DNA of 64,000 nt, from NCBI RefSeq assembly GCF_006345805.1, contig NW_021826031.1, positions 372,001 to 436,000 of the forward strand, in the 5' to 3' direction. The position numbers were made by a program, and so were the translations under genes. The notes under the pieces are model-generated. The model was given only the letters and a program-made list of their open reading frames with translations. It was not told where the DNA came from and did no database searches. Numbering within the stretch: the first letter of the stretch is position 1; every line of letters starts with the position of its first letter. Source of the stretch: Octopus sinensis (Eukaryota). This document shows, piece after piece, positions 49,983 to 62,714 of this stretch.

Positions 49983-50445
49983 TGTGATACGTGCTCAAAA
50001 ATATATTTTGCTTACACTTGGTTGTCAATAATTTTGTGTATTTTTAATAAATTTGGTTTTGTTAGGTATGAGTTATTCAAATTACTGATGAACTAGAATT
50101 CTGTTTTGTTATTGTATGTATGCTTTTTAGCAAGGACACTTGTTCATGTGGGTTTTAAATTAAAAAAATTTCACTAATAGGAAAATTTTTTTTTTGCATC
50201 TAATTAGACACGTTTAGCACATTTGATGCTGTTTTGGTAAATAGAATTTGTTGATTTTTGGCAAGTCATTTTGAAATTTGTTTGAGTTTTACTTTAAAAA
50301 TGCTTACAAATACGTTTTATTTAAGCAAAGTAATCAAAGTCTGTTTTTTTCTATTAGGCAACTCAATATGGCTTCGATACAATTCTAAACCTAACAGAAT
50401 TAATAAACCTTAAATTCTTCCGGTACATTTTTGGCACTTAAATTA

Positions 50446-53400
50446 TCAAAGTACAACTTGATTCGATAATTTCTGATTTTTAATGATCCCTGATTTGATG
50501 ATTCCTACATTTAAGACAACATGAATACTTTTGCTAAAAGATCTGCGAATAATTCCAATTCCTTCAGCACAATAGACGATATTCTTGATAATAAATTACA
50601 ACATCTACCTCGATGCTGAGAAAGCCTCATTTAGTGCAGATTCTATTTGTTGTCTGATCAACGTCAGTTCTGAACGGAGACTTTTAATTATTTTTTTGTC
50701 TCGTATTCCTTCCTCATCTTTAAAGCGGACGTACTATTTCTAATACACAATTTTAAGCAACATTTTCTAATTCTTTGATTTTTTGTTGTTCCAGGCTCTG
50801 CGATTCGGTACAAGGTTTTTCCCTGGTTTTTAAAAGAGCAATATATTCTTTTTGGTTTGAAATTTGGTCCTTTAATTTCATGTTTTCCATGTTATTCGCT
50901 TTTAGTTGCGCCTGAAGCTTGTTCAATTCTGTGTTTGAATTTTTCTAAAAAATAAATTTTCTTAAAAACTTGTTTTTGGAGCTTTTCTATTTCCTTTTCT
51001 GATGCATTCAGCATTTTTTCAAAATCGTTAAACTTGGCCAGTTTTTTAATTAAGTAGTCCTTTTCACACTTGTGATCCCTTTCCATACCCAAGAGTCTGT
51101 CGATTTTACATTCGATTCGTCCCCAAAGTTCCTTTTTTAAAATAATGTTCGTTACAGTAATTTTATCTCTGCAATCCGGAAAGTAATAAATTTCAGTATT
51201 CACAGGAGACGTAAATTCAGCGCAAATTTGATTGGTTATTTCTCGCCATTTTTGAGCACATAAATTGTTTTTATATTTTAATTCTATTTTTATTTGATTT
51301 TGAAAATACTTTTCGATTTAATCATAATAAAGATATTTTCGTTTAGATCGAGATATTTTTTGAGGTCTGGGACTTCATCATTTCCATCTATACAATCAGT
51401 CATATTTGTAAACTTCATTTAAAAATTTTAATTTTCAATATTTAATTACCTATTAATTTAATATTTCTTGAAATGAAATTTAACAAATTGCACGCCGTTT
51501 GATTTTGGCGGGATACATTATTCGAAAGTCGTATCATAAATATAATAGCAGTTGTAACTGTTTTGAACTTATTAATTTTTGTATTTCTGATTTCTCCAAA
51601 TTTGGATAAAAGTTTTGAAAAATAATGTTTTGTTTCCAAAAATTCAGTTTTCTATTTTTATTAACAAAAACTCAAACTTGTAGATTTTTCGAATTAAATT
51701 CCTTCATTTTTAGAGTTTTTATTATTCTAACAAACAAATAAATCGACAAAAGCAATTTTTTATTTGTTTTTTGCATTTCTTCTACCTGTTCCTGCAAAGA
51801 TTGGACCATTTCTTGGTTAATGTTGTGCATGTTGTTCGTGGAATCCAAACATTCGATCATTTGTTCTTCAACGAGAAACATCTAATTAAATTATTTAAAG
51901 TATTTTAACATTTTTATTTTTGATTAAATTCTCGATCATTTGTAGCTGACCATCCAATTTTCCAATTGTATTTTTTGCGGTAATTATGTTATTAGTTTTA
52001 TAAGTTTCTAATTCTTCGATTTTATTTTCTTTTTCGTTTAAGATTTTCACAAGACTGCAAATTTTGCTCATGATTGTTTGTGGAAATTCATTTTTATAGC
52101 ATTTTTTGGAGAATTTTGTTATATTTTTGTCCAAAACTGAATTCAATTCTGCTTGAAAACGTCCTTCTCTTACTTTCTGAAATTCAATGTTAAAAAAACA
52201 TTTTCTTTTAAGTTTTTATGTTCACTGACCAAACGTCCCACCCTTTCAAGCAATTCTACAGTTCTCGGATCTTTGACATTGTCCAAATGCTCTGCAGTGT
52301 AAAATGAGAATTCGACCTGGTTTAATACCCGCAGACAAAATATCATTAAATTTATTGACGAGAAGAGAATGTTCTGTTTTATGTGATGGCTTTTTATATT
52401 CTTGAAGATCTTTCTTGGGTGTTTTTTGGTCTTGTTTTTTCAACTCGGCAATTTCAAAAACGATTTTTGATAAATCTTTTTCAAGTTGTTTTCGTTTTTT
52501 TTCTTCTAAGAGAAATCCTTTTTCATATTCACTAAAAATCTAAAACTTGGATTAACTGTAGTTCCAGACATTTGTTTTCGAGGACTTTAGTTGTCACATT
52601 TAGCTTTTCTTCGGACTTTTTATGTGATTTCTCAAGTTGAAGAATATTCAACTAAATATTCTGAATAAAAAGAAGAACGTTCAACAATTCGACATCAGCT
52701 TGTGCCTGTGAATAGAGAATCTCTTTATCTGATGCAGCATTTCTAAGATTTTCAAACTCGAGAGACATTTTCTACAGGAGAGCACTAAAAATACTTCAAG
52801 TTGATCTGATAGCTGTTCGATTTGAATTCTAGCTTTATTAATTTCCATTTGCTGCATTTCATTTTGGTCGGTCTTTGTTTTTACCGCAGCTAAAAAGTAT
52901 TTTTTTAAACCGACCTTTTTCAATTAATAATTCGTTGTGTGAAACAATTTTCATTCTAAAATAGTTTTTGCTATAAAACTCGTTCATTTTTTCTGTCAAC
53001 TCAATCTGATTGATTTCGATCTTGTCCAATTTATGAGTCAGCTCGTCCACAAGTTTCGACAATTTTTCCTATCGTCAAAAAACTAACAGACAAACATTAT
53101 TTTGGAAGAATTCCTTTAATTTAGTATCTTTTTCTGCGATCGTTTCGGTTTGATTTTTCACTTCTAATAAACACGACTCTAATTTTTCTAATTTGAAATG
53201 AATTTTATTATAAAAAACGTTTGAGAACTTCGATAGTTTCGTTTGCTTTTTTTGTTGTTTTGTCGTTTAATTCTACCAAACTGAAATGTTCTGCTTTAAG
53301 TTTGGTGAATTCAATATTTTGTTGATCAAATTCTGCTCGTGACTCCTCTAACTGAGCTTCAGATCTTGACAAATCAACGTGAAGTGAATTAATCTAAATA

Positions 53401-53597
53401 AACGACCTTCTTTTACTTTTTGGTTATGATCCACTAATAATTCAATGTATTTGCTTTCAATTAGCTGTAAATCTACTTTGGCTTGTTCCAATTTTTCTGT
53501 GTATGTACAAAATAATAATCATACGAGTTAAGCAATTCCTCTCATCATCCCTGAGTTTAATTTCCTCGGTCAAGTATTTTAAATCACTCGCATTCAT
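50446..53597 (-). CDS. Coiled-coil protein of unknown family, many short exons
   Basis: A series of K/E/L-rich minus-strand exon ORFs from 50892 to 53062, with an ATG at 53597. Confidence 0.5.
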
Positions 53598-53801
53598 GTT
53601 GATACTGATGTTGTTTCTATGGTTATTATAAATATATAAATTTATTCAACTAATGAATTTTCAGTCTTTGTTTTGGCTTTTCTTATAAGGCATTTTCAAA
53701 AAAAGTAAGTTTTGAGGTGTACAACATCTGATCAAAGTGAAACTGTAAATTGATATATTTTGAATTTTAGTTGTGACTAATTGGTATTTTTTATTCAAAA
53801 A

Positions 53802-56800
53802 CGAAAAAGCAAGAATGGACAGCTTAGACATAATTTGATATCGCGTGCTGGTTTGTTGACGTGGTGTTCGCAATCTAATGAAAACTTGTATCATTTGCAA
53901 CTCTTCGAACAGTCGTAAGCTTTGGATCTCCTGCGCAACTTGTTCGAATCAATCTCACATGTCCTGCGCCAAAATGACCAAGAAGGCAATGTCCGCTATT
54001 TCCATTTGGAATTGTTCTATATGCCTGGGCACAGCCCGAAGCAATCCCGTGTGTCGTCCAAACCCCTCCGACGTGGCGCCGTTTGATCCAGTTTCCATGC
54101 TGAAGCTCGTTTCGGAGAGACGCAAATCCCGCATCATCCCCGTGAAGATCCCCAAGGCAGCACGAGCTACCGCGGCCGATGCTCTATCATCTTGCATTGA
54201 CGCTGCAATATTGTCTAAAGACGAACAGGACTGGATCCGTCTTCTGACCTTTGCTCCCTGTGCTCTCGGTGGCCCTGTGAATGCTGATCGGGACTCGACT
54301 TCTCTGGCCACTCGTATGAAGAAAAACATTCGCTCCTTTATGGCTCGGGAATACTTTCCAGACTCGCCCCCTCTCAAGTCATCAAAGTTGCACAAACAGT
54401 CTCAATGTCGCAAACATGAGAGCCCAGAAGCCCAACAACTCCGTCTACGCAAAATGATCCATTCTAAACTTAGCGAGGGCGGAGTCCGTGCAGCTCTCAG
54501 AGTTATTTCGTCTGACAATGGACCACTCAACTCGTCTCGGTCAGTCTTTGAGGCCTTGCTCGAAAAACATCCACCGTCTCCTGCGGACCTTCGCGTCTGT
54601 CCCCATCCGGCCAATCAACCGCCTTTACTTTTTTCGGAAGATGATGTCTCTGTCGGGATCCTCTCTTTTGCTCCGTGCACCAGCGGAGGAGCCGACGGCC
54701 TCCGCCCGGGACATTTGAAGGACCTCACCGCTCATACCGTGGGCGAGCCTGCCACTCGTTTGCTCAAATCTATCACTTGCCTGTTAAATGAACTGCTCCA
54801 AGGGAATCTGCCGGATGCTATACGTCACATTCTCTTTTCAGCCAACCTCACCGCTTTTGGCAAAAAATGCGGAGGGATCCGCCCAATTGCGGTCGGCTTT
54901 GTCTTTCGTCGGCTTGCAGCCAAGATCGCATGCAAGAAAATTATCCCAACCATTGCCGCAAAGCTCAGTCCAGTCCAACTCGGGGTCGGCGTGCCTGGAG
55001 GATGTGAATCTGCTGTTCATGCTATCCGCACTTTCTCAGAAGCGTGCAGGAAATCACAATGTCCAAACATTTTGATCAAGCTTGACATCAGAAATGCATT
55101 CAACAGTATCCGACGGGACAGAGTCTTAGAGTCCTGCTCTGAGTACTGTCCTTCCTTATTTGGGCTCGCTTTCCAATCATATGGCCAACCATCTTCCCTC
55201 ATTTGTGATTCCGACACTATCCCGTCTGCTTCGGGAGTCCAACAGGGAGACCCTCTGGGGCCACTTTTTTTCTGTCTTGGAATCTCCGAGGTGACCAAGC
55301 TTCTATCTTCTCCATTGAACCTCTGGTATCTCGACGACGCCACTCTCGGTGGCCCTCCGGACATCGTCTTGCAGGACATAATTAAAATCATCCCGGCTCT
55401 GGAGAAAATCGGCCTCATTTTAAATTCCTCCAAATGTGAAATTACCAACCTTGGATGCTCGGAATCTATTTTCGAAGACGCTGTTTCCTCTTTCTGCGAT
55501 CTTATCCCGGGAGTTCAATCTACTCCCATTGACGAACTTTTTATTCTCGGAGCCCCGGTCGCTGGCAACTCTATCGATGTGGCCCTACGCAAAAAAGAAC
55601 TTTTCCTCGAAGAAGCTTTTGATCGTATCAGACAGCTGGACTCGCACACTGCATTATTCCTCCTACGGAATTGCTTTTCGATCCAAAAGCTCTCCTATTT
55701 GCTTCGCTCTTCTCCGTGCTTTGATTTTCCAGAGAGGCTTTCAGCCATTGACCTCCTTATCCGCACTTGCACTCAGAACGTATGCAATTCCCCCTTCGAC
55801 GACATGGGTTGGAGACAGGCAACCCTCCCGTTATCTTTTGGAGGGCTCGGCATCCGCTCATGTTCCGACCTATCGTTACCTGCTTACCTCTCTTCCGTCT
55901 CCGCGAGCCACACACTTGTCATGGAAATTCTACGCTCCTTTTCTGAATTTTCCTTGGACACAAATGTTGCTCATTTCAGCGAAGTCTGGAGAGAACAAGG
56001 CCTTGACTTTCCGGAAGATCGAATGTTTCAACGAGCCTGGGATCGAATTAGATGCAAGCAAACTTTCAATCTGCTGCTCGAGTCGTCCAACCAGCACCGC
56101 CGCGCCTGCCTTCTGTCGGCAGCATCCCCGGCTAGCGGAGCTTGGCTTTGTGCATTCCCGAACGCCCCATCTGGCACTCTCCTTGACGATGAAGCGGTAA
56201 GGATCGGAGTCTCTCTGCGACTCGGACTAAGGCAATGTGTCCCGCACACGTGCCGCTGTGGCTGCACTGTTGACCCTTTCGGTCTGCACCCTTTATCGTG
56301 CAAGAGGAGTGCCGGACGTTTTCCGAGGCACTCTGCAATGAACGACATCATACGGAGGGCCTTCGACTCGGCGGGATTTCCTTCGGTCCTCGAGCCACCG
56401 GGCCTCGACCGCGGCGACGGGAAACGTCCTGACGGGATGACCCTTTTCCCCTTCGAAGGCGGAAAAGGCCTCGTTTGGGACGCAACCTGCTGCGACACCT
56501 TTTCTGCTTCTCACTTAACTTCGTGTGCCCTGGAGGCCAAATCTGCAGCTAAGAAGGCTGAAGATTTAAAGCTTTTAAAATATTCTGCCCTCTCGGAGAA
56601 GTTTTCCGTGGTGCCGATCGCGGCTGAGACGTCGGGTGCTCTCGGTCCAAAAACTGAAAAGTTCCTTCGCAAGCTCGGAGCCAAAATCTCAATGCGCACC
56701 CATGATCCTCGGGAGGCGAACTGGCTAATGCAACGGCTCTCGATTGCCATTATCCGGGGAAACAGTTTGGCAATCCGCCAGGCTACATATCCACCATAAA

Positions 56801-56842
56801 CATAATTCTATCTTTTCATTGATTATTATTGATTGGAAATAG
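53802..56842 (+). mobile_element. Full-length CRE-clade non-LTR retrotransposon; single intact 973-aa ORF (53878-56799) with PHD, RT, zinc knuckle and RLE
   Basis: N-terminal C4HC3 motif; RPIAVG, GVQQGDPLGP and WYLDD; CRCG..HPLSC; RPDG..WDATCCD..E..K..KY. Candidate 13-bp TSD ttttattcaaaaa at 53789-53801 and 56843-56855. Confidence 0.95.
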
Positions 56843-57419
56843 TTTTATTCAAAAAAAAAAAAAAAATTTAGAACTATCTTTTATCTGCTTTCGTGGTAAT
56901 TAATCAGTTCTAATAAAAATAACGATACATTTTGATTATTATCTTTAGTATTAATTTTATTTAGGCAAAAAACCTATGGTTTTTCAATTATTTCCAGTTT
57001 TTTTGACGATTGTGTCAATGCTAAGGAAACAAATGAGATTCTTGCGGAAGTTAAAAATTTTCCAATTAATTTCTTGCGTTATTTTTTTGTGATTGTAAAT
57101 AATTCAGAAATTTAGTTAGTATTATGTTTATGATGTAGCCTGGCGGATTGCCAAACTGTATCTTGCGTTATTTATTTTATGAATAATTTTAATATAAACA
57201 ATTAATAGACAATAAATGGCATATATTTGAGCATAATTCTGGCTTAAAAACAAATATTTTAAAAAATAATTAGGTCAAATTGTTAAACAAAGTCAACAAA
57301 AATAAACATCCAGCTTTGACGAACTGTTTATCAGCCTAATAGTAAGCTATCCGTTCAATAACCACACAAAATAGACATTTAAACTTTAAATAATATAAAT
57401 TAATAATAGTGACAAATAA

Positions 57420-58505
57420 GATATCTTCAACGATCATCAAAAAAATTTCGGGAAGTTCGTTTATTAGAGGCAGCTACACATGAAAATATACACTACCAAA
57501 AGGATTGTAATCACCCCTCAACACCGGCTGCTCTGCACTCTGGGAATTTTGTAAATTATCTTTAAAGTTAAATAATCAGAAAACTTGGATCACTGGGTAG
57601 AGACTCGTATGGTGGTAGACTGGGTACAAACTCCTCTTCTTTTTTATCACAAGTAAACATTTCCGTACTCCAAGGATCAACAAGTTCACATGAAGACATC
57701 CTTTGTGTCTGACTTGGAGGCAATTCGATTTGAAGCATTTGACTAGGAGCTACCACAATAGCATCAGAGAGGTCCACCAAAGTATTTGTGACCTCATATT
57801 CACTCCGAGAGATTTTAATAGCTTCTTGTAGCATTTTCTCGTCCTCCTTGGTTGCTTCTTCGTTCTTCTTAGCCTCAATCATGCTCAATGAAAGAGCCAA
57901 TTCCAATTGTTCTTGCTCTTCTTGGCGACTTTTTGGAATGCTAATCCCACCTGTCCTGTCAGTCGACGGATCCGTTTCAGAAACTGGACTACACGTCTAA
58001 ACAAGCTCTCTGTGGTACATTCACCAACCGTAAGTCCGGAGACACTATTTCTCGTATTGATTGCTCTAAATCTTGCCTCTTGTAGTCTTTCTGAGTTTTT
58101 GAGTAGAGAAAAAAGGTAATATGTCTTGGATTCCACATTGAAGCCCTTTTCTCCGGCCTTTTCAACGTTTTCTGAGGTAACCAAATCTTCCAGTTGAGAC
58201 AAGTTTTCCAAACAACGAGAAGCCACGTACTGTGACCCAGTAAGTGTTATGTATGTGAGTAAATTCAAAGTTTTATTCACTCGTTGCCAATTTTTGTTCT
58301 CGTCGTTTATGATTTTCCATATTTTAGTCATTATTATCTGGAGTAAATTAGGCTCGTGAGTAAAATCGGCTATTTCTGCCATTAGAGTGCTCGAAGGACC
58401 CCAGGAATCTTTGGAGGTAGCTTCTCTCATTTTTGTACGTACGAGATTTTCACGTTGGTTTCCAGTTAACATGTTTATTCGTGCTTTTCTTAGCAAGTTA
58501 TTCAT
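57420..58505 (-). CDS. Epsin (ENTH domain plus two UIMs)
   Basis: KMREATSKDSWGPSSTLMAEIA..KIW..NWQRVNKTL; 32-nt intron at 57997-58028; UIMs EQLELALSLSM and MLQEAIKISR. The 3' end is approximate. Confidence 0.85.
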
Positions 58506-58663
58506 AACAACGATAATCGATTTTTACCAATTTAATATTTTATTTACATTATTTTTTATTATACAAATAATCAACAAATAATTAATTAAATTAATAAACA
58601 ATTTCATGAAAAAAGTTATTGTTTATTACGAAAAAAAAGAATTCGGTCAAGTGTTCGGAAGCT

Positions 58664-58930
58664 TCATGGACGGGAAGCCGAGGCGATCGAGAAAGAATTA
58701 GAGCGTACTATCGCAAGGGATATCCGCTCGAAAAACCATCTTGATTCGCGGGCGTCGCCTGTGATAGCAGACATGCGGAACCCGATCTCCTGAACGAAGA
58801 TGAATGCCTTACTGCCCAAGGAACCGGAAGTCTCAACCGCGAATGGAAGGAATTGGAACTTCTCCGTAAGTGAGGAGTACTTCCGCATCTTTTTGCATTC
58901 CGCGGTTGTGACAATAGATCCAGGGGCGGA
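58664..58930 (-). mobile_element. 5'-truncated CRE 3' fragment
   Basis: AECKKMRKY..FLPFAVETSGSLG..ESRWFFERISLAIVRSNS. Confidence 0.85.
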
Positions 58931-59042
58931 TTTAATGAGAGATCTAAAGCTTAAATAAAACACTCAAAATCTGATACTAAAAAATGAGCAAGCATGAAAA
59001 GTCTCATAGATATAGAAAGCCTATCATATTTATTAACAGAGT

Positions 59043-60204
59043 TTAAAAAAAAGTGACATTTAGTTTTTTGGCACGTTCATTTTCTCCAAGAAAGGCAGTA
59101 TTATTTAGAGCGTCTACAGCCTGTTCTGCAGAACCAAAATCTCTGAAAGTAACAAAGGCAAATCCTCGATTGTTCTTTGGAGTTTTCTCAATCTGAGAAT
59201 GAAATGTTGGGATAACCTTGTACTTGACGATCTCGCCAAAAGATTGAAAAAGATTAATGAAGGTACTTTCGGGGATTGTCTTATCAAAGTTTTTGACGAC
59301 GAGTGTTGTGCCTTTGTCCACTTCAGTCGTCTTTTTCTCAGATTTAGATGTCAACAGTCGCGTTACAGTCAACACGGAGTCATTCTCCAGATACCCGTCC
59401 ATCTTATCAATGGCCTGAAAGTAATGAAGGGAATCTCACTTTCTCTGCTAGTGCTCTCGTGTCGAATGAGACTAATCCATAAACTGGCTTGTCTTGTTCA
59501 ACAACCTGCAAATATTTGTGTTAGACATACCATGCGAGTTTTGACTGCTCCGAATTTAGAAAACAATTTCCACAACATTTTTTCGTTACATTTCTTAAAG
59601 CCTGTCACTTTGAGGTCGACATTTTCATTTCCCGAAAATGGGAAATAGAGATTGCACAGCCTGCCAATAGATCCCATAATTTACAGTTTTTTTCCGTCTG
59701 TGACAAACCCGTCGAGAGTTTCACAGCATTTGATTGCATCTTCCTCCTCATAAAACTCGGCGTAACACATCTGCTCATTATTCACCGAGGGAAATAGCTG
59801 TGGATACAAACATCAGAATTACGTCGAAAGTCGCGACTTTTCCTGAGTAATTGAGAATGAGCGTCACGTCATCCCGACTGTAATCGGAGGGAATTCCCTT
59901 GACACAAACATGTTTGCTTTTCTCCCTGCTCGCTCTCATCACTCGTAGAGGCAATCCTTTGAATAAACTATAGTCGAATTGTTCTATTGCCCTGACGGCT
60001 GATAGCATGCGATCAACTACTCAAACCTGCCCTGTCTGTCGAATAATCTGCAAAGGCCTGTTTCGAATCGAAATCAGTAGAATAGTCCGCCATTCTGACT
60101 GCCATGAGTCCCGGAACTGTGGAAAACAGTTCCGACAAATCTCGTTCTTCCGTATTAGGGTGTATTCCAGAAATGTAAAGAGTTATGGGCTGAATGTTTG
60201 CCAT
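59043..60204 (-). CDS. Divergent four-RRM protein resembling cytoplasmic PABP, with no linker or MLLE domain
   Basis: LYISGIHPNTEERDLSELF and AVRAIEQFDYSLFKGLPLRVM (PABPC RRM1: [33 protein letters not shown]). The last RRM is LVVKNFD..RGFAFVTF, followed by a stop. Confidence 0.65.
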
Positions 60205-61379
60205 TTCCTTAATTTGACGCAAATCTTATTTAAAAAACTGGCATTAAATTTGCGTGTATCAATTTGTATATTTAGCAGACTACTCAATAATGGAATTAAG
60301 ACTTGTTACTAATAATAATTCGAACGTAATTTTATTGTGGTTTCGAAGTGCCCCACATAATTTAATTATATTGATAATTTTTGAGTGGATTATCTTTACA
60401 GTCTGTAGTGTAATAGGTCAATAATGTTGATTACGTAGTTTGATAACTAATCAATAAACAATTAAATTAAGGTTAATTGACTGGTCTGTGTCAGATATAA
60501 CCAAATTTTGTTTATGGTGGAACAAGTTATGTTAGGAATGAACAAAAAGGAATCTCCGAGGGGCTAAGGCACGCGACCTCCTGCGGTAAGTACCGCATGC
60601 GTGTTGCCACGGAGAATGGCGATGGATATCCTCTGCAATAGTTACTAAACCTAACCAAATTAGGATGTAAAAATGAAAATGGGATTTTTAGATGTATTTA
60701 TGTCCTTTAGATGCTAGATAACACTTTCAAATACTACTCTCATCGCTTTCGTTGTGGTAAGTTAGGTTCTGGGTTACTAACTTGAGGTTTCTCATGTTGC
60801 AAGAGTTCCAGCAGATACTGGAACCAACTGGACTAAAAACGTGCGGACTAAACACTGGAACCACAGGTCCCTCGCCTGGGATTTTAAATCCACCGACACT
60901 TCCTCATCGGCGATGCTGTTCTCTGATCGAACCTCGAAATGAATCAAATTATGCCTCTCCGAACAGTGTGGAATTCATTCCACAAAACAAGTGGTATCCT
61001 CAGTGAGAAGACAAACCGATTTTACATTCTTTGAATAAATCGATTTTGTTAAAAAATTAGTTATTAAGAAATTTTATCTAAAAAAGTGACATAGAACGAA
61101 CACTAGTCAATATTTTTCGATCTATTTCTATATTTAATCAATTTAGTGAAGCATTCTCTTAAAGATTATTTTTTGACCTATAAAATATACAGAACTCGAT
61201 TATTTAAAAAAAACGACGATTTAAATGTAAAACTTGAAGAATTGTTAAGTTCTTTAAAAGTATCGATATAATTCTTTACTTAAGTCCCATATGGAATCTG
61301 GAGAACTAATCTAAATATGAAATAAATCAATATTTTTTTTAAACAAACAATTTTGTCAATAAAACATAATAATTTATAA

Positions 61380-61978
61380 CTAAATTAACCCAGCCGAACG
61401 GATTGCTTGCGCGTTCCCGCGCACGATTGCGAGCGAGATCCTCTGCCTCAACTAAGAGGACTCGCAAGCATCCATCTTCTTCCGAGCAATGAGGATACCG
61501 AGGTCTTTTAAGAAGCATGAGGTCAGCGGACCGGAAGCGCCTGATGTCTCAAAAGCCACAGGCACGAAGGAATGTCGAGTGGCATGATTCTTGTATTTTT
61601 CTACTTTGCGGGCTTCCGCCAGGGCCGCGACCGAGCCGGAAGAAGAAGCAGATGACAGTAGAGCGGATGGGGACCACGTGTCTGCGCACGTGGCGTCCCA
61701 GATCAGCCAATTGCCATTCCGGAATGGGAAGGTGGTCATCCCGTCCGGGCGTTTGCCGTCCCCTCTGTCTAATCCGGCTGGTTCAAGCACGTTGGGGAAG
61801 CCAGCAGCGTTGAGAGCTCTTGAGATTACGTTGTTGATTGCTCCATGGCGAGGCGAGCGGCCTGCGCTCCGGCGGCAGGAGAGGGGGTGAAGGCCTTTCA
61901 CGTCGACCGTACCTCCGCATCGACAGGGATGAGGGGCGCAGACATCGAGCCCCAGCCGAAGAGCGACCCCGATACGTA
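61380..61978 (-). mobile_element. 5'-truncated CRE fragment containing the RLE
   Basis: RLGLDVC..CRCG..HPLSCRRSAGR..RPDG..WDATCAD..AFETSG, with a premature TAG at 61452 in the position of the conserved Trp (S*LRQRISLAIVRGN). Confidence 0.88.
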
Positions 61979-62714
61979 GTGTTTCGTTGTCTAATAGGGA
62001 ACCCGTCGATGACGTTGGGTAATCAATATTTTATTAAATGGATCTTTAGTTGAATTTGAGAAAAACCAAATTCCAATTTATCTGAAAAACAAAGAGGCTC
62101 AATTCCTGTATTTCAAATATTAACAAGAGAGATCTCGGTATTCCAAATACGTCGTTAAACCGAGAATGAGTAATAAATTTGCAATCGAAAAAATTCTTTA
62201 TGAATGTAAGAACGTGTGTTCAACAAAAGTCCGGCGGAGGACAAAGTCAACGCTATTAACCAGCCTCCGAAATGGCCCCGTGGTGGATTGGGAGGTTCGT
62301 TTCTAGAACATGTTCCAGATCAATAGACGTATTTAAAATCACCGTCAACGAGCGGGACATGATGACATTAAGAATCAATAGAAGTTTTTCAAACCGATAG
62401 TAAGGAGACAACCAGAGAAGAAAAATAAGATGTGGGATGAAAAGAAAATTCTTAGCACGAAGCAGTCAACCTACGATTGATTAAAATGTCGTTAATTGAC
62501 TGTTCTGTGTGATTGATCGAATCAGCAATATTCAAAATGTTAGAGAAATCCTGGAACGCCGTTTTTAAACTTGCTGATCCAGTCTCCCGTGAATCCAAAA
62601 GAATCAAATTAGGATTTAAAAAGTAAAATTAGTTAGATAGATAGTATGTCGCGATCCTAGAATCAAACAGTGTTATGAATTTTGACAGCCACCACAATTT
62701 GGCATAAAATAATA

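Noticed and set aside
53955-56750. Many overlapping antisense and alternative-frame ORFs over the CRE, XPO1 and ARID1
   Set aside because: Shadow ORFs of GC-richer coding sequence, with no recognisable motifs.
9690-61454. Alternative genetic code (TGA=Trp, TAG=Gln/Glu), suggested by stops at conserved Trp or Glu/Gln positions in WDR81, pogo 2, the APE LINE and a CRE
   Set aside because: All such stops lie in sequences with other lesions. Intact genes use TGG for the Trp codons I checked. XPO1 and DNAI3 end in TGA. A 432-aa Gln/Glu-rich ORF has no in-frame TAG. TGG to TGA/TAG and CAG to TAG are the commonest nonsense transitions.
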